A DNA stretch of 9,638 nucleotides, from assembly GCA_030141605.1 (NCBI GenBank), contig JAQGDQ010002195.1, positions 1-9,638 of the forward strand, read 5' to 3'. The notes below the pieces were generated by a model that saw only the letters and a program-made list of their open reading frames with translations, did no database searches and was not told the origin of the DNA. Every line of letters starts with the position of its first letter. Position 1 is the first letter of the stretch. The translations under genes and the position numbers were made by a program. Shown in pieces: positions 7,952 through 9,638 of this stretch. The stretch comes from Tubiluchus corallicola (Eukaryota > Animalia > Priapulida).

Positions 7952-9638
7952 ACAATCGAGATAGTTGCACTGAACTCCGTATTACACATTGGAACATTAA
8001 TGCCGTGAAAAATAAACTGGAGACCGACTTTGTTCGCCAAAGTTTATGTAAATCTGATATGATATTCTTAAATGAAATCAAAACTCCGTTGAAGTTCACA
8101 ATGCCTGGGTATAAAACTCTCCGAACTAATCAAGCAGCTGGTCACCGTGGTGGTCGTGGTGATTTCAAATGTGCTAGCCTCTTCGATTCAATCGGTCGAA
8201 TTTGGTTCCGATGTTATTGTGCTACGCCTCAATAATATACCTGGTATTGTTTTTGTATGTGTTTATCTCACGCCATCTGACTCTCATTACCACTCACTTG
8301 AATGCTTAGCAAAAATCAACGAAGTTATGATGTCCAACCCTCATGATCAATTTGTGATACTTGGTGATTTGAATGCCCGTTTCGGGCCTGCTATTAACAA
8401 ATTTTTACGTAATGTTAGTGACAGTGGTGCACGATATCTTGCTTCCGAGGATTCGATTGGATCCCCGAATGAAAATGCCAAAGTTGTTTATAATTCTTTT
8501 AACTCTTTAATCGTTGTAAATAACATTCAGTATAAAGGCAGAACATTTAAAAGTAATCTGACGTATAGAAAACGTGAGAATTGGATTTCTGAATTAGACT
8601 ATTGTCTTATTTCTCCTGCACTAATCGATAGTGTTGTCAATTTCACTGTCAATCAAGACTTACGATTACCTTCGAATCATGCCCCTCTGTCTGTGATTTT
8701 TGATATCAACATGTTATCTCGTGGAGCCTTACCTCACAATCTTCTTATCAGATCCGAAGCCTTAGGTGCTCATGCAGCTGAAGTTAAAACTCCAAACCGC
8801 AAACATTGTAGCCGTCAGATCCGTATTGCTGAAACAGACTGTGTCGAATTTCAGAGAGTGATGTCTTCAGTTGAACCTCCTGATGATGTGGATGATGTAA
8901 ATAGTTGTGTTACTGATATTAATAATGTTTTCCGTGATAAACTGATTAGATGTAAAGCTCCGAATCGTCTCATCAATCGTTATCAGCCGACGGATCGTTG
9001 GCGCCGTATGCTCGAGCTCAATGATTCTAAGGAAATATGGAATGCCATAGACTGGAAAGGAAACACGATTGAATCTGAATCCTTTGAATCTCCAACTAGC
9101 GAAGAATTCAAACGTCATTTCGAGGATCTTCTCAACCCAGATCGTGATGGTCCAGAGGACTTATTATCACTGTGCGATGGTCCAAGTATCCCTATCACAG
9201 ATGATCCGATCGCTTTCGATGAGTTTGTTTCTGCTGCTTCCGAATGTAAATCAAGTAGTAGTGGTGGACCCTCTGGTATTCCTGGTGCTGTGTTCAATTT
9301 TATCCCAGATAATTGGATTAATTACCTGTGTTTTGTTCTGAATTTCATATTCTTTTCGCGATCTTTCCCGATTCCGTGGTGCTTTAGCCGCCTTGTTACT
9401 ATTTTTAAGAGAGGATCTCGTAAGGACTGCGATAATTACCGTGGTTTGTCAATCATGGATTCCCTTGCGAAAATATACGATCGAATTTTGTGCAAACGTT
9501 TAGAGATGTGGTTCAAACCCGATAGGGAGCAGGCTGGCGCCCAAAAGGGTAGATCCTGCATTGAGTGGATTGTGACTCTAAGACTATTAATGGACTATGC
9601 TCTGTTTAAAAAGAAGAAATTATATATCTTACAGACAC
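7942..9638 (+). pseudogene. LINE ORF2 (AP-like endonuclease + N-terminal RT), one frameshift near 8152, incomplete at 3' end
   Basis: Frame 1 gives LRITHWNINAV...DMIFLNEIK...PGY...GHRGG. Frame 2 from 8153 is open for 495 codons to the window end: VYLTPSDS, ILGDLNAR, LTYRK, SELDYCLIS, LPSNHAPL, GPSGIP, FPIPW, TIFKRG, NYRGLS, KIYDRIL, EQAGAQKGRS. The ORF track lacks this frame, probably because it has no stop inside the window. Confidence 0.92.

Larger units (their letters stand above)
7664..9638 (+). mobile_element. Young 5'-truncated two-ORF non-LTR retrotransposon (APE-type LINE, probably RTE-X-like), running to the window edge
   Basis: An ORF1 C-terminus followed by overlapping ORF2 with AP-endonuclease and RT motifs. 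There is only one obvious frame disruption in ~2 kb. The RT motifs NYRGLS and EQAGAQKGRSCIEWIVTLR are RTE-group-like and an ORF1 is present, hence the RTE-X suggestion (the clade is an inference). Confidence 0.93.

Noticed and set aside
7568-9341. Track ORFs 7568-7789, 7735-8040, 7917-8099, 8867-9118, 9115-9297 (-) and 9069-9341 (+)
   Set aside because: Shadow frames of the LINE ORF1/ORF2 coding sequence.

Overview
AT-rich eukaryotic, invertebrate-like genomic DNA made up mostly of mobile-element debris of different ages. There is no prokaryotic operon, CRISPR array or intact host gene. From left to right: a possible piggyBac-like non-autonomous element (~240-859); a multiply frameshifted minus-strand relic of the N-terminal region of a Maverick/Polinton-type protein-primed DNA polymerase B, including an OTU-like Cys/His protease module and bracketed by splice-like signals (~970-1985); an old CR1/L2-group LINE RT fragment with an internal deletion (-, ~2185-3132); an unidentified exon-like block (-, 3490-3762); a ~26-bp minisatellite (5197-5333); a very decayed second LINE RT (+, ~5562-6137); weak hAT-like and tRNA-SINE-like remnants; a candidate terminal exon (-, 7417-7581); and a young, 5'-truncated two-ORF LINE (RTE-X-like) from ~7664 to the window end. 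The 495-codon main frame of its ORF2 (8153-9637) is absent from the supplied ORF track. The most interesting points are the apparently exon-bounded Polinton pPolB/OTU relic and the AUG-less, slippery-site ORF1/ORF2 junction of the LINE. All family assignments come from manual translation and motif recall, not database searches. I cannot support a claim of a wholly new system.
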